Source: Candidatus Zixiibacteriota bacterium
GTDB taxonomy: Bacteria; Zixibacteria; MSB-5A5; GN15; FEB-12
NCBI GenBank assembly: GCA_028715215.1
Contig: JAQUSF010000001.1
Location: 797 to 64,796 of the forward strand
Length of the DNA: 64,000 nt
Direction: 5' to 3'
The number at the start of each line of letters is the position of its first letter. The first letter of the stretch is position 1. Below the pieces are notes generated by a model that saw only the letters and a list, made by a program, of their open reading frames with translations, was not told the DNA's origin and ran no database searches. Positions 25,184 to 35,426 of the stretch are shown here, piece after piece. The position numbers were made by a program, and so were the translations under genes.

Positions 25184-27676
25184 TTGTCTATCCTTTTAAA
25201 GAATAGATATCTATTTATTCTACTAATATCATGCCTGCCTGGTATCGGCTTACCGATAAACGTTCAGGCTCAGGGTAACTATCCGGTGGTTGAAATGGAA
25301 GTGGTCGGTAACCGGGTGGCTACCAATTCATTGATAATGGGTGTTTCCTCGATTTACAAGGGTTCTTCGCTCACCCCCACCGATATCCAGGAAACCATTC
25401 ACCGCCTGTACGGTTTGGGGATTTTCTCCGATGTTCAGATTCAGGCGGAAGAAGTTATGGGGGGAGTCAAGGTATACATTATCGTCAAAGAACTGCCCAA
25501 ACTGGTTAGCCTCGATTTTTCAGGCAATAACAAGATAAAAAACAAAGACCTCAGGGAGAAACTTGGCCTGGGGGTGGGTGGTTATATCTCTCCTTATTTG
25601 ATTCACCGGAAAAAACAGGATATCCTTAAAGCTTATTCCGAGAAAGGGTATTTTCAGGCTCAGGTTTCACATAAGCTGGAGTATAACGAGGATTCGACTG
25701 AAGCCTCGCTTAAATACCTGATTAAAGAGAATTCGAAGGTCAAAGTCGAGAAAGTGGTTCTTACCGGGAATAAGCGGGTTGAAGCCAATGACCTCATCAA
25801 GAAGATGCGCAACCGAAAACGGGGTTTTTTGAAAAGTTCCGATTTCGCCCAGGAAAAATACGATGAAGACCTCGAAAAAATAATTAAAGAATACCATAAT
25901 AAAGGTTTTGTCGACGCCTATCTGGTCAGTGATTCCACCGTTATTGATACGGCCAGCAACCGCATGACGGTATATCTTGAAGTCTATGAAGGCCCGCAAT
26001 ATTATTTCGGCGAGGTGTCGTTCCAAAATAACCAGCAACTTCCCTCTCATATCCTGAAAAAAGGCTTGAAATACGACGAGGGTGAGATTTTCAACCAGGA
26101 AAAGTATCAGGAATCAATCTATGAATTATATACCGCTTACCAGGAAATAGGCTATCTTCATACCCGTATTCTCGATGAAAGAGTCACCCGTTCGGATACT
26201 ATCCTGGATATCACATATAACATAACCGAAGGCTTGCCGTCGCATATCAACCTGGTCAAAATCGTGGGCAACGTAAAGACTAAAGACCGGGTTATCCGGC
26301 GGGAAATATCCAGCCTTCCCGGCCAGGTGTTCAACCGGTCACGCCTGATTCGCTCGGTTCGTGACATTATGGCGCTTAATTATTTTAACAATGTCGAGCC
26401 GGTCCCGATTGACCTGCCCAGCGGCGATGTCGATATCGAGTTCAAGGTGGAAGAAAAGCAGACCGCCCAGGTATCAGCCGGCGCCGGGTATAACAGCCAG
26501 GACAAGCTGGTCGGTTCCTTCGGCATGGGTATCCCCAATCTTCGCGGTAACGGCCAGAGTCTCAATTTTAATATGGATTTCGGGACCAATCTCAGTTCCT
26601 TTTCGATATCTTTTACCGAACCCTGGTTTATGGGGCGTCCCACCCTCCTGGGCACAAATATTTATACCTTGAAACGTCGCTGGTACGATGATTACACCGA
26701 GGCTCGTCAGGGCGGTTCGATTCGGCTGGGCCGCCGCCTGCGCTGGCCCGATAATTACTTCCGCGTCTACGCCTCTTACCGTCTCGAAAGAAACCGGTTT
26801 TACAACTATGACGAGACCTACAAAAACAATAACTCCTATAAAGCCGTCACTTATTTTGACCTTAACAACGATGGCCGTTATAATGTCGACAGCGGTGATT
26901 TTATCGTCAACGACACGGTCTACGGCCCCTATCCTGGCTCCATCATCGAATACTTCGAAGAATGGAACACCGCCTCCCGGCTTTCGCTTAATATCATCCG
27001 GGATTCCCGTAACCTGCCCCAGTTCGCCACCAGCGGCTCGGTTATTTCCTATACCTTTGAAAATACCGGCGGTATTCTGGGAGGATTCTGGAAATATCAA
27101 AAACACTTATTTTCTATCAGCAAATTTATACCCCTGTTTTGGGGCATGGCGATTGCCGCCAAAGTCGATTACGGGGTGGTCACTTCACCCGCCGGCGACA
27201 ACCGCATCCTCGTTTCCGACCGGTTCAATCCCGGCGGCACGGCTTATGACGGCATCGTCCGCGGCTACGACGACGGCGTGCTTACTCCCGATTCTCTGGT
27301 AACCCAGTCAGATACTACTTTCCGCGTCCACTATCTGTCCGAAATCGACAGCACCTTACTGGTGGATACGCTTTATACGCCCTACCGGGTACGCGTTCGC
27401 GGCAAATACATGCTGGTAACAAACATCGAATTACAAATACCTGTCGCCCAAAACCAGTTCTATGGATTGCTTTTCTTTGATGCCGGCAATTCCTGGCTGA
27501 ATGCAGACGATATCAAACCCATCACCGGTCTGTACCGGGGGGTGGGTTTCGGATTTCGTATCGTTATTCCCGGTATGGGAACAATCGGTTTTGACTTCGG
27601 CTATCCCCTAGACCAGTACCGTAATGAAAGTAAAAGCCTGAAACCCCATTTCCAATATGGCACAACTTTTCGATAA
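25184..27676 (+). CDS. bamA: outer membrane protein assembly factor BamA
   Basis: 830 aa. Signal peptide, repeated POTRA-like units (..V..I.V.GN......I.......G.......I...I..LY..G.F.DV..) and an Omp85 C-terminal beta-barrel ending ..QYGTTFR. Followed by skp and lpxD. Confidence 0.9.
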   Translation: MSILLKNRYLFILLISCLPGIGLPINVQAQGNYPVVEMEVVGNRVATNSLIMGVSSIYKGSSLTPTDIQETIHRLYGLGIFSDVQIQAEEVMGGVKVYIIVKELPKLVSLDFSGNNKIKNKDLREKLGLGVGGYISPYLIHRKKQDILKAYSEKGYFQAQVSHKLEYNEDSTEASLKYLIKENSKVKVEKVVLTGNKRVEANDLIKKMRNRKRGFLKSSDFAQEKYDEDLEKIIKEYHNKGFVDAYLVSDSTVIDTASNRMTVYLEVYEGPQYYFGEVSFQNNQQLPSHILKKGLKYDEGEIFNQEKYQESIYELYTAYQEIGYLHTRILDERVTRSDTILDITYNITEGLPSHINLVKIVGNVKTKDRVIRREISSLPGQVFNRSRLIRSVRDIMALNYFNNVEPVPIDLPSGDVDIEFKVEEKQTAQVSAGAGYNSQDKLVGSFGMGIPNLRGNGQSLNFNMDFGTNLSSFSISFTEPWFMGRPTLLGTNIYTLKRRWYDDYTEARQGGSIRLGRRLRWPDNYFRVYASYRLERNRFYNYDETYKNNNSYKAVTYFDLNNDGRYNVDSGDFIVNDTVYGPYPGSIIEYFEEWNTASRLSLNIIRDSRNLPQFATSGSVISYTFENTGGILGGFWKYQKHLFSISKFIPLFWGMAIAAKVDYGVVTSPAGDNRILVSDRFNPGGTAYDGIVRGYDDGVLTPDSLVTQSDTTFRVHYLSEIDSTLLVDTLYTPYRVRVRGKYMLVTNIELQIPVAQNQFYGLLFFDAGNSWLNADDIKPITGLYRGVGFGFRIVIPGMGTIGFDFGYPLDQYRNESKSLKPHFQYGTTFR

Positions 27677-27698
27677 ATAATAACAATAATATAATGGA

Positions 27699-28244
27699 GT
27701 GAAAATTATGTCTAACCGAAAAAAGTCCTTCCTTTCAGCCGTAATCGTCTTTCTAATGGTTATGAGCCTGACATCGATGGTCAGCGCCCAAACCGCCAAG
27801 ATCGGTTTCGTGAACGATGAAGAAATCAAGAAAAATTACAAGGCCTGGCAACGGGCACAGGAACAGTGGGACCTGGAGAGAAAAGCCTGGGACGATGAAG
27901 CCACCACTAAACAGAAAGAGCTGGAAGAACTGGTCGACGAATACGAAAAGCAGAAACTGATACTTTCGGAAGATAAAAAGAAAGAAAAAGAAGCCGCTAT
28001 CAGAGCCAAACAGGAAGCTCTCGATGCTTACACGCGCCAGATATACGGTCCCGGCGGCACGGCTGAAAAAAAACAGGAACAGCTGGTTGGTCCCCTGCTG
28101 GAGGACGTCAATAAAGCTATCGAAGCCGTTGCTCTTGAAGGCGGGTATGATGTCATTTTTACCCTGCAGAGCGGCCTGGGTTATATCAATCCCTCTTTCG
28201 AAGTTACCAAGAAGGTTTTAGAGTATCTTGAAAAAATGGAATAA
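27699..28244 (+). CDS. skp: periplasmic chaperone Skp (OmpH family)
   Basis: Signal peptide ..[16 protein letters not shown], long K/E-rich coiled coil and a C-terminal ..GYDVIF...... Canonical position between bamA and lpxD. The alternative start is ATG 27708. Confidence 0.85.
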   Translation: MKIMSNRKKSFLSAVIVFLMVMSLTSMVSAQTAKIGFVNDEEIKKNYKAWQRAQEQWDLERKAWDDEATTKQKELEELVDEYEKQKLILSEDKKKEKEAAIRAKQEALDAYTRQIYGPGGTAEKKQEQLVGPLLEDVNKAIEAVALEGGYDVIFTLQSGLGYINPSFEVTKKVLEYLEKME

Positions 28245-29262
28245 CCAAAAGTATACCCTGTCCGAGATTGCGGAAAATGTCGGCGCTGTTCTTGAAGGAG
28301 ACGGCGCCCTGGAAATTTTCGGCGTTGCGCCCATTGACAAAGCTCACCGTGGAGAGATCAGTTTTATTGCCAACAAGAACTACCTCAAATATCTCGAAAC
28401 CACCGAAGCTTCGGCTCTGGTTCTACCACCGGATATAAAATTTACCCGTCTGCCGGTTCTTCGCCATGACAACCCCTATCTTACTTTCGCCCGCATAATC
28501 GACCTTTTTCACCCCGACATGCGTTTTATTGAGCCGGGTATAGACGCCAGCGCGATTATTGAAAACGGCGTTCAGATTGACCCCACCAGCGGTATCGGTC
28601 CTTTATGCCATATCAGCCGGGGAGCCACAGTCGGCTCGAACAACCAGTTCCTGTCATCCATTTTTATAGGCGAAAATGTTTCCATCGGCAATAATTGCCT
28701 GTTCTATCCCGGGGTAAAGATTCTGGCTGATTGTCGCATCGGCAATGACGTGATTCTCCACCCCGGTGTGGTCATCGGTTCCGACGGATTCGGATTCGCC
28801 TGGTCAGGCACCGAGCATAAAAAAATCAAGCAAATCGGCTGGGTGGAAATAGAGGACGAGGTTGAGATTGGCGCCAATACCACCGTGGACCGCGGTGCTC
28901 TTGGACCTACCCGAATCGGCCGCGGCACAAAAATCGACAATCTGGTGCAAATCGCCCATAACGTGGAAATCGGCAGATGCTGTATAATCGTATCTCAGGC
29001 CGGCATCGCGGGCTCGACCAAAGTCGGTGACGGTGTTATAGTAGCCGCCCAGGCCGGTATTATAGGGCATCTTGAGATTGGCGATAAAGCCATAATCGGC
29101 GCTCAGGCCGGTGTAGCAAAATCGGTCCCGGCCGGAAGAGCCGTGCTGGGCTCCCCGGCCCGGGATATAATGGAGGAAAAAAGGATTATGACCCTTCAAA
29201 AAAGACTGCCGGAACTTCTCAAACGCATCAAGAAGCTCGAAAACAGTCTGGGAGAAGAATAA
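28228..29262 (+). CDS. lpxD: UDP-3-O-acylglucosamine N-acyltransferase
   Basis: N-terminus [25 protein letters not shown]....ISF..N.KY, then left-handed beta-helix hexapeptide repeats (IG.N..I..GV.I...). TTG start overlaps skp by 17 nt. Confidence 0.9.
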   Translation: MKKWNNQKYTLSEIAENVGAVLEGDGALEIFGVAPIDKAHRGEISFIANKNYLKYLETTEASALVLPPDIKFTRLPVLRHDNPYLTFARIIDLFHPDMRFIEPGIDASAIIENGVQIDPTSGIGPLCHISRGATVGSNNQFLSSIFIGENVSIGNNCLFYPGVKILADCRIGNDVILHPGVVIGSDGFGFAWSGTEHKKIKQIGWVEIEDEVEIGANTTVDRGALGPTRIGRGTKIDNLVQIAHNVEIGRCCIIVSQAGIAGSTKVGDGVIVAAQAGIIGHLEIGDKAIIGAQAGVAKSVPAGRAVLGSPARDIMEEKRIMTLQKRLPELLKRIKKLENSLGEE

Positions 29263-29263
29263 A

Positions 29264-29884
29264 TCAGGTTATATAATGCTCTTCAATATCAGCGATTTTA
29301 TCCCAGTTCTTTTCCATTTCACGGACAAAGACCAGCATCGTTTCACAGTCATGATTTTCAGCCCACATTCTTATCTCGCATAATAAGCCCCATTGCTGGC
29401 GGTTGATAATTTTCAAATCGGTAATATCACTGTTCAAATTGGAAATCGCCTTATTGAGTGCCTGCGCTACGACTTTTAAACTATTGTCACCCCGAAGAAG
29501 CAGGGTTGAAGAAAGATCCCCTTCAGCCAATTCCCTGATGCGGTACAGAATTTGTTCCGCCGGTTCGACGACCTTTATCGAAGGCAGGATGGTAATAATA
29601 CCGATAGCCGTAATCGCCGCCACTACCGCCGAAATCATATAGGGCATTAAAGTAACTGCCGCCAGCTCGACCCGGTCGCAAACTTCTGCCAGGACCTCGC
29701 TGTTTAACGAGCTGTTGAACCAGACAATTATAACACTGGAGATAAAAACCGCTGAGCCGGCCATTATACTGATTATGGAATAGATGCGGCGCTTAAGAAA
29801 GGTCTTATTGGCACCAAAAATCAGATTGTTGGTCATGCTAAACCCCCATATGAATTTATACATGTTTTTTCTCCGATAATTCAT
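29264..29884 (-). CDS. membrane protein with two TM helices and a HAMP-like linker, no output domain
   Basis: TM helices IYSIISIMAGSAVFISSVIIVWF and LMPYMISAVVAAITAIGIITIL. Then P.EQILYRIRELAEGDLSSTLLLRGDNSLKVVAQALNKAISNL, which is HAMP-like. The start codon is uncertain. Confidence 0.5.
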   Translation of the reverse strand: MNYRRKNMYKFIWGFSMTNNLIFGANKTFLKRRIYSIISIMAGSAVFISSVIIVWFNSSLNSEVLAEVCDRVELAAVTLMPYMISAVVAAITAIGIITILPSIKVVEPAEQILYRIRELAEGDLSSTLLLRGDNSLKVVAQALNKAISNLNSDITDLKIINRQQWGLLCEIRMWAENHDCETMLVFVREMEKNWDKIADIEEHYIT

Positions 29885-30043
29885 ACAACCGGCATGCCAC
29901 CCAAAGAACTTCTTTCAGGGGTTTATTCATCTCATTGATTAACATAAAATTAGATAAATAACTAATCTCATGCAATTGCTGCGTAGCTATTAAATAACAA
30001 AAAAAAAATGTATAAATTTTGAAAAACCATAAAAAAATTGAAC

Positions 30044-30073
30044 AAAAAAAAACGCCCTGTTTTCTACAGGGCG
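30044..30073 (-). terminator. rho-independent terminator of ssb
   Basis: cgccctg / cagggcg stem with a 7-nt loop, followed on the minus strand by 9 T (complement of 30044-30052). Lies 29 nt after the ssb stop. Confidence 0.65.
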
Positions 30074-30101
30074 ATATGATAAAAACTGTCAAGGGTCAGA
30101 C

Positions 30102-30527
30102 TTAAAAAGGAAGGTCATCATCATCTCCGCTGCCTGTTTCAGCAGGGGGAGCTTGATGATTGACCGGTTCCGGAGTGGTGCTATCCTGAGCGACCTCGCC
30201 CCGGGAGCCGATAAACTGGAAATTTTCGACAACCACTTCGGAGACATATTTTTTATTGCCTTCCTTATCATCGTAGCTTCGATTATCAATCCGGCCTTCA
30301 ATATAGATTTCTCTTCCTTTGCTCATGTATTCCTTGATAATTTCAGCGGCTTTACCCCAGGCAACAATATTATGCCAGGTGGTAACCTTGTTTTTTTGAC
30401 CGTCGGCACCTGTCCAGCTCCGGTCGGTCGCCAGGGAAAAAGAAGCGACCGCCTGCCCGCCGGGTGTATAGCGAAGTTCCGGGTCTCTGCCCAATCGACC
30501 GATTAAAATCACTTTGTTTACGCCCAT
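30102..30527 (-). CDS. ssb: single-stranded DNA-binding protein
   Basis: MGVNKVILIGRLGRDPELRYTPGG.AVASFSLAT......W, an OB fold, and an acidic tip ending DDDLPF. Confidence 0.95.
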   Translation of the reverse strand: MGVNKVILIGRLGRDPELRYTPGGQAVASFSLATDRSWTGADGQKNKVTTWHNIVAWGKAAEIIKEYMSKGREIYIEGRIDNRSYDDKEGNKKYVSEVVVENFQFIGSRGEVAQDSTTPEPVNHQAPPAETGSGDDDDLPF

Positions 30528-30655
30528 TTGTAACCTTCCTGTTTTTTAACTTTCGGTGAATATAAATCGCCTGTTCTTAAGTGTCAAGCTGACATATTTT
30601 ATCTTGAAAGGCAATCGCAAATTGCGTATTGTTTAAAAAATATTTGGAACTAATT

Positions 30656-31465
30656 ATGAGTTATAAATTTAATCCTGAAAAAGCCCTGTTGACGGCTAAA
30701 CGTTTTATAAACGGAAAGCTCCTTGAAACCGGTCTTGAAGGTTACGTGATTGGATTATCCGGCGGCATCGATTCAGCCCTGTCGGCATACCTGGCGGTAG
30801 AAGCTGTCGGCGCATCCAGAGTTCTTGCTCTTTTATTACCTTACAAAACTTCATCGAACCGTTCCACCGGAGACGCTCTTGAATTAATCGATAAACTGGG
30901 GATAACCTTTCAGCAGATTGACATTTCGCCCATGATTGACGCCTATTACCCAAAAATAAATGAGGAAAACCACCTCCGGGCTGGCAATAAAATGGCTCGT
31001 GAAAGAATGTCCATTCTCTTTGACATGGCTCAAGCCACCAAACGCCTGGTCCTGGGGACCGGGAACCGGACGGAAATTTGCCTGGGCTATACAACCTGGC
31101 ACGGCGACAGTGCCTGTTCGATTAATCCCATCGGCGAACTGTACAAGACCGAAGTCCGCCAGCTGGCAACATATTTGGGCATCCCCGACCATATCATCAA
31201 GAAAATCCCTACCGCCGACCTCTGGCCCGGACAAACCGATGAAGGTGAAATCGGGGTGAGTTATGACGAAATTGACCGAATCCTTATACGGCTTGTTGAC
31301 GACGGCGTAACTTCAATGGCCGTCCTTGAAAAAGAAGGTTTCAACGTGGTCGATATCAGCCGGATTGTTTCCCTCATCAACCGTAATGCCTTCAAACGAT
31401 ATCCGCCTGATATCGCTCCTTTGGGGCGGATAGAAATCCCCCGCTTCATCGAGTTAGGCGAATGA
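30656..31465 (+). CDS. nadE: NH3-dependent NAD+ synthetase
   Basis: PP-loop GLSGGIDSALSAYLA, ..NRTE...GY.T.HGD....NPIG.LYKTEV..LA..LG.P. ATG 30656 is preferred to the TTG at 30629. Confidence 0.9.
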   Translation: MSYKFNPEKALLTAKRFINGKLLETGLEGYVIGLSGGIDSALSAYLAVEAVGASRVLALLLPYKTSSNRSTGDALELIDKLGITFQQIDISPMIDAYYPKINEENHLRAGNKMARERMSILFDMAQATKRLVLGTGNRTEICLGYTTWHGDSACSINPIGELYKTEVRQLATYLGIPDHIIKKIPTADLWPGQTDEGEIGVSYDEIDRILIRLVDDGVTSMAVLEKEGFNVVDISRIVSLINRNAFKRYPPDIAPLGRIEIPRFIELGE

Positions 31466-31474
31466 GAACGATTC

Positions 31475-32194
31475 ATGGCAACTAACCAGGGACAACTTTA
31501 CCTCATCCCAACCCCCATTGGCAACCTGCGTGATATGACTTTACGAGCCCGGGAAATACTCGAGCAGGTTGACCTGGTCGCCTGTGAAGATACCCGGGTT
31601 AGCGGTCTTCTTCTTAAAAATCTGGGTCTGAAAAAAAAGCTTATCAGTTATCATGATTTTAATGAAAGTCGCCGGGCCGGGCAATTACTCGAAATGCTAA
31701 AAAAGGGGCAATCCATCGGCGTAATTACCGATGCCGGTTCACCGGGGATATCCGACCCCGCCTATCGAGTGGTCAGAAGCGCCCTGGAAAATAATGTCAA
31801 TATCGTTGCCCTGCCGGGACCGACCGCTCTTATCCCGGCGCTGACAGCTTCCGGGCTGCCGACCGACCGCTTTTTTTTCGAAGGTTTCCTTCCCCCCAAA
31901 AGCGGCGCCCGCCACAAACACCTGGAGAAAATAAAAAATTTGGAACATACCCTTGTCTTTTACGAGTCACCCCACCGGGTACATAAGACCCTTGAAGCCA
32001 TGCAGGATATCCTGGGCGACCGACCGGCCTGCCTGGCACGGGAGATAAGTAAAAAATTCGAAGAGTACTTAAGAGGAAGAATAAGCGAAATTAGGACCCG
32101 GATAGAAAATAAGAATGTCAAAGGTGAAATCGTATTAGTTGTTGCCGGAAATCCCGCTGCAGGTAAGCAAAAGGACAGCCGTGAAGCGTCATAA
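31475..32194 (+). CDS. rsmI: 16S rRNA (cytidine1402-2'-O)-methyltransferase RsmI
   Basis: LYLIPTPIGNLRDMTLRA.E.L..VDLVACEDTR....LL...G.......H.FNE, ..DAG.PGISDP and ..FYESPHR. Confidence 0.9.
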   Translation: MATNQGQLYLIPTPIGNLRDMTLRAREILEQVDLVACEDTRVSGLLLKNLGLKKKLISYHDFNESRRAGQLLEMLKKGQSIGVITDAGSPGISDPAYRVVRSALENNVNIVALPGPTALIPALTASGLPTDRFFFEGFLPPKSGARHKHLEKIKNLEHTLVFYESPHRVHKTLEAMQDILGDRPACLAREISKKFEEYLRGRISEIRTRIENKNVKGEIVLVVAGNPAAGKQKDSREAS

Positions 32195-33101
32195 GCATAT
32201 CGTCATTTATCCGTTTGACTGGCTGGTCACGGGCTACAGCCTGTTCATGTTTATTTTAATATTAGTGATAGGCCGACCGCTGAACCAATATCATAACACC
32301 CTTATCTTTTATGCCGCGATAAGTATCATTGCTGTTCTTATCATCCGCTATACAAGAGAAGGGAAAAACCGCCTTCAGGATTTTTTGCGGCTTATCTACC
32401 CGGCGCTGATGTTTACTTTTTTTTACGAAACAGCCGGGAGCACGGTTTTTTTGATTTTTGACCGCTTTTACGACTGGCAGTTAACCACTTTTGAAAAAAT
32501 GCTTCTGGGGGTCAATCCCACGATCTTCATCGACCGGCACCTGTTGAACGTCTGGGTTAATGAAATCTTCTCCTTCTGTTATTACAGTTATTATTTCATG
32601 TTGCCGGTTTTTCTCTTGCCGGTATTTATAAAAAAAGATTATGAAGTCATCAAACGCACCCTGACCGCCTGCTGCCTGGCGTTCTTCATGTCATATATAC
32701 TGTTTTTCCTGTATCCTATCGAAGGCCCGCGGTGGTTTTTTGCAGGGCAGTATTTGAACGAAATTGAAGGTCCGCTTTTCCGACCACTGGTGGAAATGGT
32801 CATTGAAACAGGTGCCTTTCGCGGCGGCTGTATGCCCTCCTCCCATGTAGCCGTGGCTCTGGTTCTGCTGATGTTTTGTTTCAAGTATTACCGCCCGGCG
32901 GGCTGGCTCTTACTGCCGATAAATATCGGTCTGGCAATCGGCACGTTCTGGGGTCGTTTTCACTATGTATCCGATGTCGTGGCGGGGGCGGCCATCGGCC
33001 TTTTTGCCACCCTGCTGGTTTGGAAATATTATGACTGCTGGCTGACCGCCGGACCGGCGGATATCGCCCGGAAGGAGTTAATTAAAGAAAATGTTACCTG
33101 A
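32181..33101 (+). CDS. PAP2-superfamily membrane phosphatase/transferase-like protein
   Basis: Polytopic. PAP2 motifs ..PSSHVAVAL.. and ..RFHYVSDVVAGAAIG. The in-frame GTG at 32181 is preferred over TTG 32139, which would overlap rsmI by 56 nt. Confidence 0.7.
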   Translation: MKRHKHIVIYPFDWLVTGYSLFMFILILVIGRPLNQYHNTLIFYAAISIIAVLIIRYTREGKNRLQDFLRLIYPALMFTFFYETAGSTVFLIFDRFYDWQLTTFEKMLLGVNPTIFIDRHLLNVWVNEIFSFCYYSYYFMLPVFLLPVFIKKDYEVIKRTLTACCLAFFMSYILFFLYPIEGPRWFFAGQYLNEIEGPLFRPLVEMVIETGAFRGGCMPSSHVAVALVLLMFCFKYYRPAGWLLLPINIGLAIGTFWGRFHYVSDVVAGAAIGLFATLLVWKYYDCWLTAGPADIARKELIKENVT

Positions 33102-33903
33102 ACTTTTTCGGATTGGTCCGATTCCCGTAAGAAGCTACGGGGTGATGCTGGTTATTTCTTTTTTTATCGGTGTCTATTACATAAAAAAGGTTTGTGACCG
33201 CTATGACAAACCGTTCGAGACCTATTTAAACATCGCCTACATCATGATTTTCGGCGGGATATTCGGCGCCCGCCTGACCTATGTTCTTTTACATCTCGAC
33301 GAATTTTCCGGGCACTGGACCAGGACCTTTAATCCTTTTCAATCCGGTTATTACGGAATAGCCGGTTTGAACCTTTACGGCGGGGTGCTCCTGGCTATCA
33401 TCCTGACATATTTCTACTGCCGCTATAAAAGATTATCTCTGTTCGAGGTTTTCGATGATTTCTCCCCCACGCTGGGTATTGGTCTGTTTTTTACCCGTAT
33501 CGGCTGTTTTTTAAACGGCTGTTGTTTCGGGACACCCTCCGATATCTTCTGTGCCGTAAAATATCCGGCAGGTTCCATCCCCTACTCGGTTTTCGGCAGT
33601 CAGCACCTGCATCCATCGCAACTTTACAGTTCCCTGTACGGTTTCGGGCTTTTTCTCTTGTTGCACCTGATGATGAAACGCAAGAAATTCCATGGCCAGC
33701 TGGTAGCGCTTTTATTCATGGTCGAAGCCGTGTTTCGTTTTGTTATTGAATATGTAAGGTATTATGAAGACGCGATGAACTTAACCTGGCTGGGAGTCAA
33801 TTTTACTTTCAATCAGGTTATTTCCGTTTTTCTTTTTCTGCTGGGACTGTTTATCTACCGCATTCAATCGCGAAATACCAAAGCGGTCACCGTTAATACT
33901 TAA
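33091..33903 (+). CDS. lgt: prolipoprotein diacylglyceryl transferase
   Basis: ..IGPIPVRSYGVML...F......., ..GGI.GARL.YVL.H and ..RIGCFLNGCC.G.P are Lgt signatures. Confidence 0.9.
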   Translation: MLPELFRIGPIPVRSYGVMLVISFFIGVYYIKKVCDRYDKPFETYLNIAYIMIFGGIFGARLTYVLLHLDEFSGHWTRTFNPFQSGYYGIAGLNLYGGVLLAIILTYFYCRYKRLSLFEVFDDFSPTLGIGLFFTRIGCFLNGCCFGTPSDIFCAVKYPAGSIPYSVFGSQHLHPSQLYSSLYGFGLFLLLHLMMKRKKFHGQLVALLFMVEAVFRFVIEYVRYYEDAMNLTWLGVNFTFNQVISVFLFLLGLFIYRIQSRNTKAVTVNT

Positions 33904-33975
33904 AATTTATGCAAAGTAAAGATAGAACTCTCCTGAGAACGGAAATATAACTTAAGGGGAACAGGTCGGCAGGTT

Positions 33976-34467
33976 TTATTTTTCCAGAAGGGACATTTGT
34001 CTGATTAATTCATCGTTGTCGGGCAGTTCTATGGGCTTGACCCTCTGAATATACCTGATTATCCCTTTTTTATCAATAAGAAAAACCGTCCGGTCGGCAT
34101 AGCCGCGGCTGGTCAGGATACCGTATAATTGCGCTACCCGACCATGGGGAAAGAAATCGGACATCAACGGAAAAGAAAGCCCGCCGAGCGCCCTGGCCCA
34201 GGCCATATGACAGGGTATGGAATCGACAGAGATTCCCAGAAGCTGACAATTGTTCTTCTCAAACTGGTCGATAATTGCCTGATAACCGGGTATCTGGGTT
34301 GAACAAACCGGTGTCCAGTCGCCGGGGTAGAACGCCAGAACGACATTTTTTCGACCCTGATACCAGGCCAGGTTCAATTCGCCTTCGTTGTGTGTCGGTA
34401 AAGTAAAGTCAAGCGCCCGGTCATTAACCCGGGGCATTTCATTCGGTGAAATAAGCAATCCTCCCAA
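33976..34467 (-). CDS. peroxiredoxin (AhpC/TSA family)
   Basis: ..VVLAFYPGDWTPVCSTQIPGY.......F......LGISVDS..CH.AW. has a peroxidatic Cys in the T-P-V-C context. Confidence 0.85.
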   Translation of the reverse strand: MGGLLISPNEMPRVNDRALDFTLPTHNEGELNLAWYQGRKNVVLAFYPGDWTPVCSTQIPGYQAIIDQFEKNNCQLLGISVDSIPCHMAWARALGGLSFPLMSDFFPHGRVAQLYGILTSRGYADRTVFLIDKKGIIRYIQRVKPIELPDNDELIRQMSLLEK

Positions 34468-34470
34468 TAA

Positions 34471-34713
34471 TTAATTATAATCATCCAGATCGATTTCTTC
34501 GTCCTTACCGCCGGTTTCATCGTCATCATCGGCATCTTCGTCAAGGTCGATATCCAATTCATCAAAATCATCACTGTAGGAATTGCGCGTTACCACTTCG
34601 TCGTCATCGCTCCATTCGGTAAAGTTTTTACCCGGCGCACCGCATTCAAAACAATAATCCGGCGGCTCTTCGTCTTCGTGGATGTAACCACAAACACTGC
34701 AAATCCACTGCAT
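34471..34713 (-). CDS. rubredoxin-type (CxxC...CxxC) small protein with a strongly acidic C-terminal tail
   Basis: MQWICSVCGYIHEDEEPPDYCFECGAPGKNFTEW, followed by a 46-aa D/E-rich tail (..DDFDELDIDLDEDADDDDETGGKDEEIDLDDYN). A 3-nt gap separates it from the peroxiredoxin gene. Confidence 0.7.
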   Translation of the reverse strand: MQWICSVCGYIHEDEEPPDYCFECGAPGKNFTEWSDDDEVVTRNSYSDDFDELDIDLDEDADDDDETGGKDEEIDLDDYN

Positions 34714-34759
34714 GCGTCATCCCCTTTAAAATATCATAGACTTATCAGGTAGAGCATCG

Positions 34760-35260
34760 TTAATCTTCCAGCGGCGATGTACCGTCATAACTGAACCAGT
34801 GATAATTCCCGCCCATGGCGTCTTTCTCGGCCTGAAGAAGTTGGTAATGATTATATTCTTCATCGGCCAGCTGGTCAAAAACGGCTTGGAATTCGGGGTC
34901 ATTGAGCAGGTGTTTTTCTTTTTCATAAAATTTACTGGTCGCCAGCTCGACTTCTATCGCCAAATTTATAAATTCCATTTCGTTTTTTAAATTATTTATC
35001 CGACCGTCGCGGAACACATCCGTCAAAGCTCCCAGACCCTTTTCCGGCAGACGGCCAATGTCCTTACCGATATGCTTTTTAAAAATCCCGGTCAATATTT
35101 CCTTATGCCGGATTTCATCGTCGCGAAGATTCTCCAGCTTCCGGCGGGCGTCAATATTCACCGTCCGTTGAGCCAGATAATCATAATATCGATAACCTTC
35201 ATCCTCTCCTTTAATGGCCGCTTTCAGTATTTCCGCAACTTTCTTTTTTTCTTCAGTCAT
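34760..35260 (-). CDS. ferritin-like di-iron protein (rubrerythrin core without rubredoxin domain)
   Basis: Two E...ExxH-type helix pairs: ..GEDEGYRYY......L..DEIRHKE.. and ..IEVELATSKFY.......LADEEYNHYQ.. Confidence 0.75.
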   Translation of the reverse strand: MTEEKKKVAEILKAAIKGEDEGYRYYDYLAQRTVNIDARRKLENLRDDEIRHKEILTGIFKKHIGKDIGRLPEKGLGALTDVFRDGRINNLKNEMEFINLAIEVELATSKFYEKEKHLLNDPEFQAVFDQLADEEYNHYQLLQAEKDAMGGNYHWFSYDGTSPLED

Positions 35261-35426
35261 GTAACCTCTTTTTTAAAAATATTATCCTATAAATCCCAAT
35301 TAAGCAACCGTTTTTTCACAAAAAAGTTTTCCCAAAATAGAGGATATATAAATTGATGTCAAGACTTCAGCATCGGGGTTTTAATCTTTTTTTCAACAGG
35401 ATAATCACCTTTAAGGCCATTGCCGT

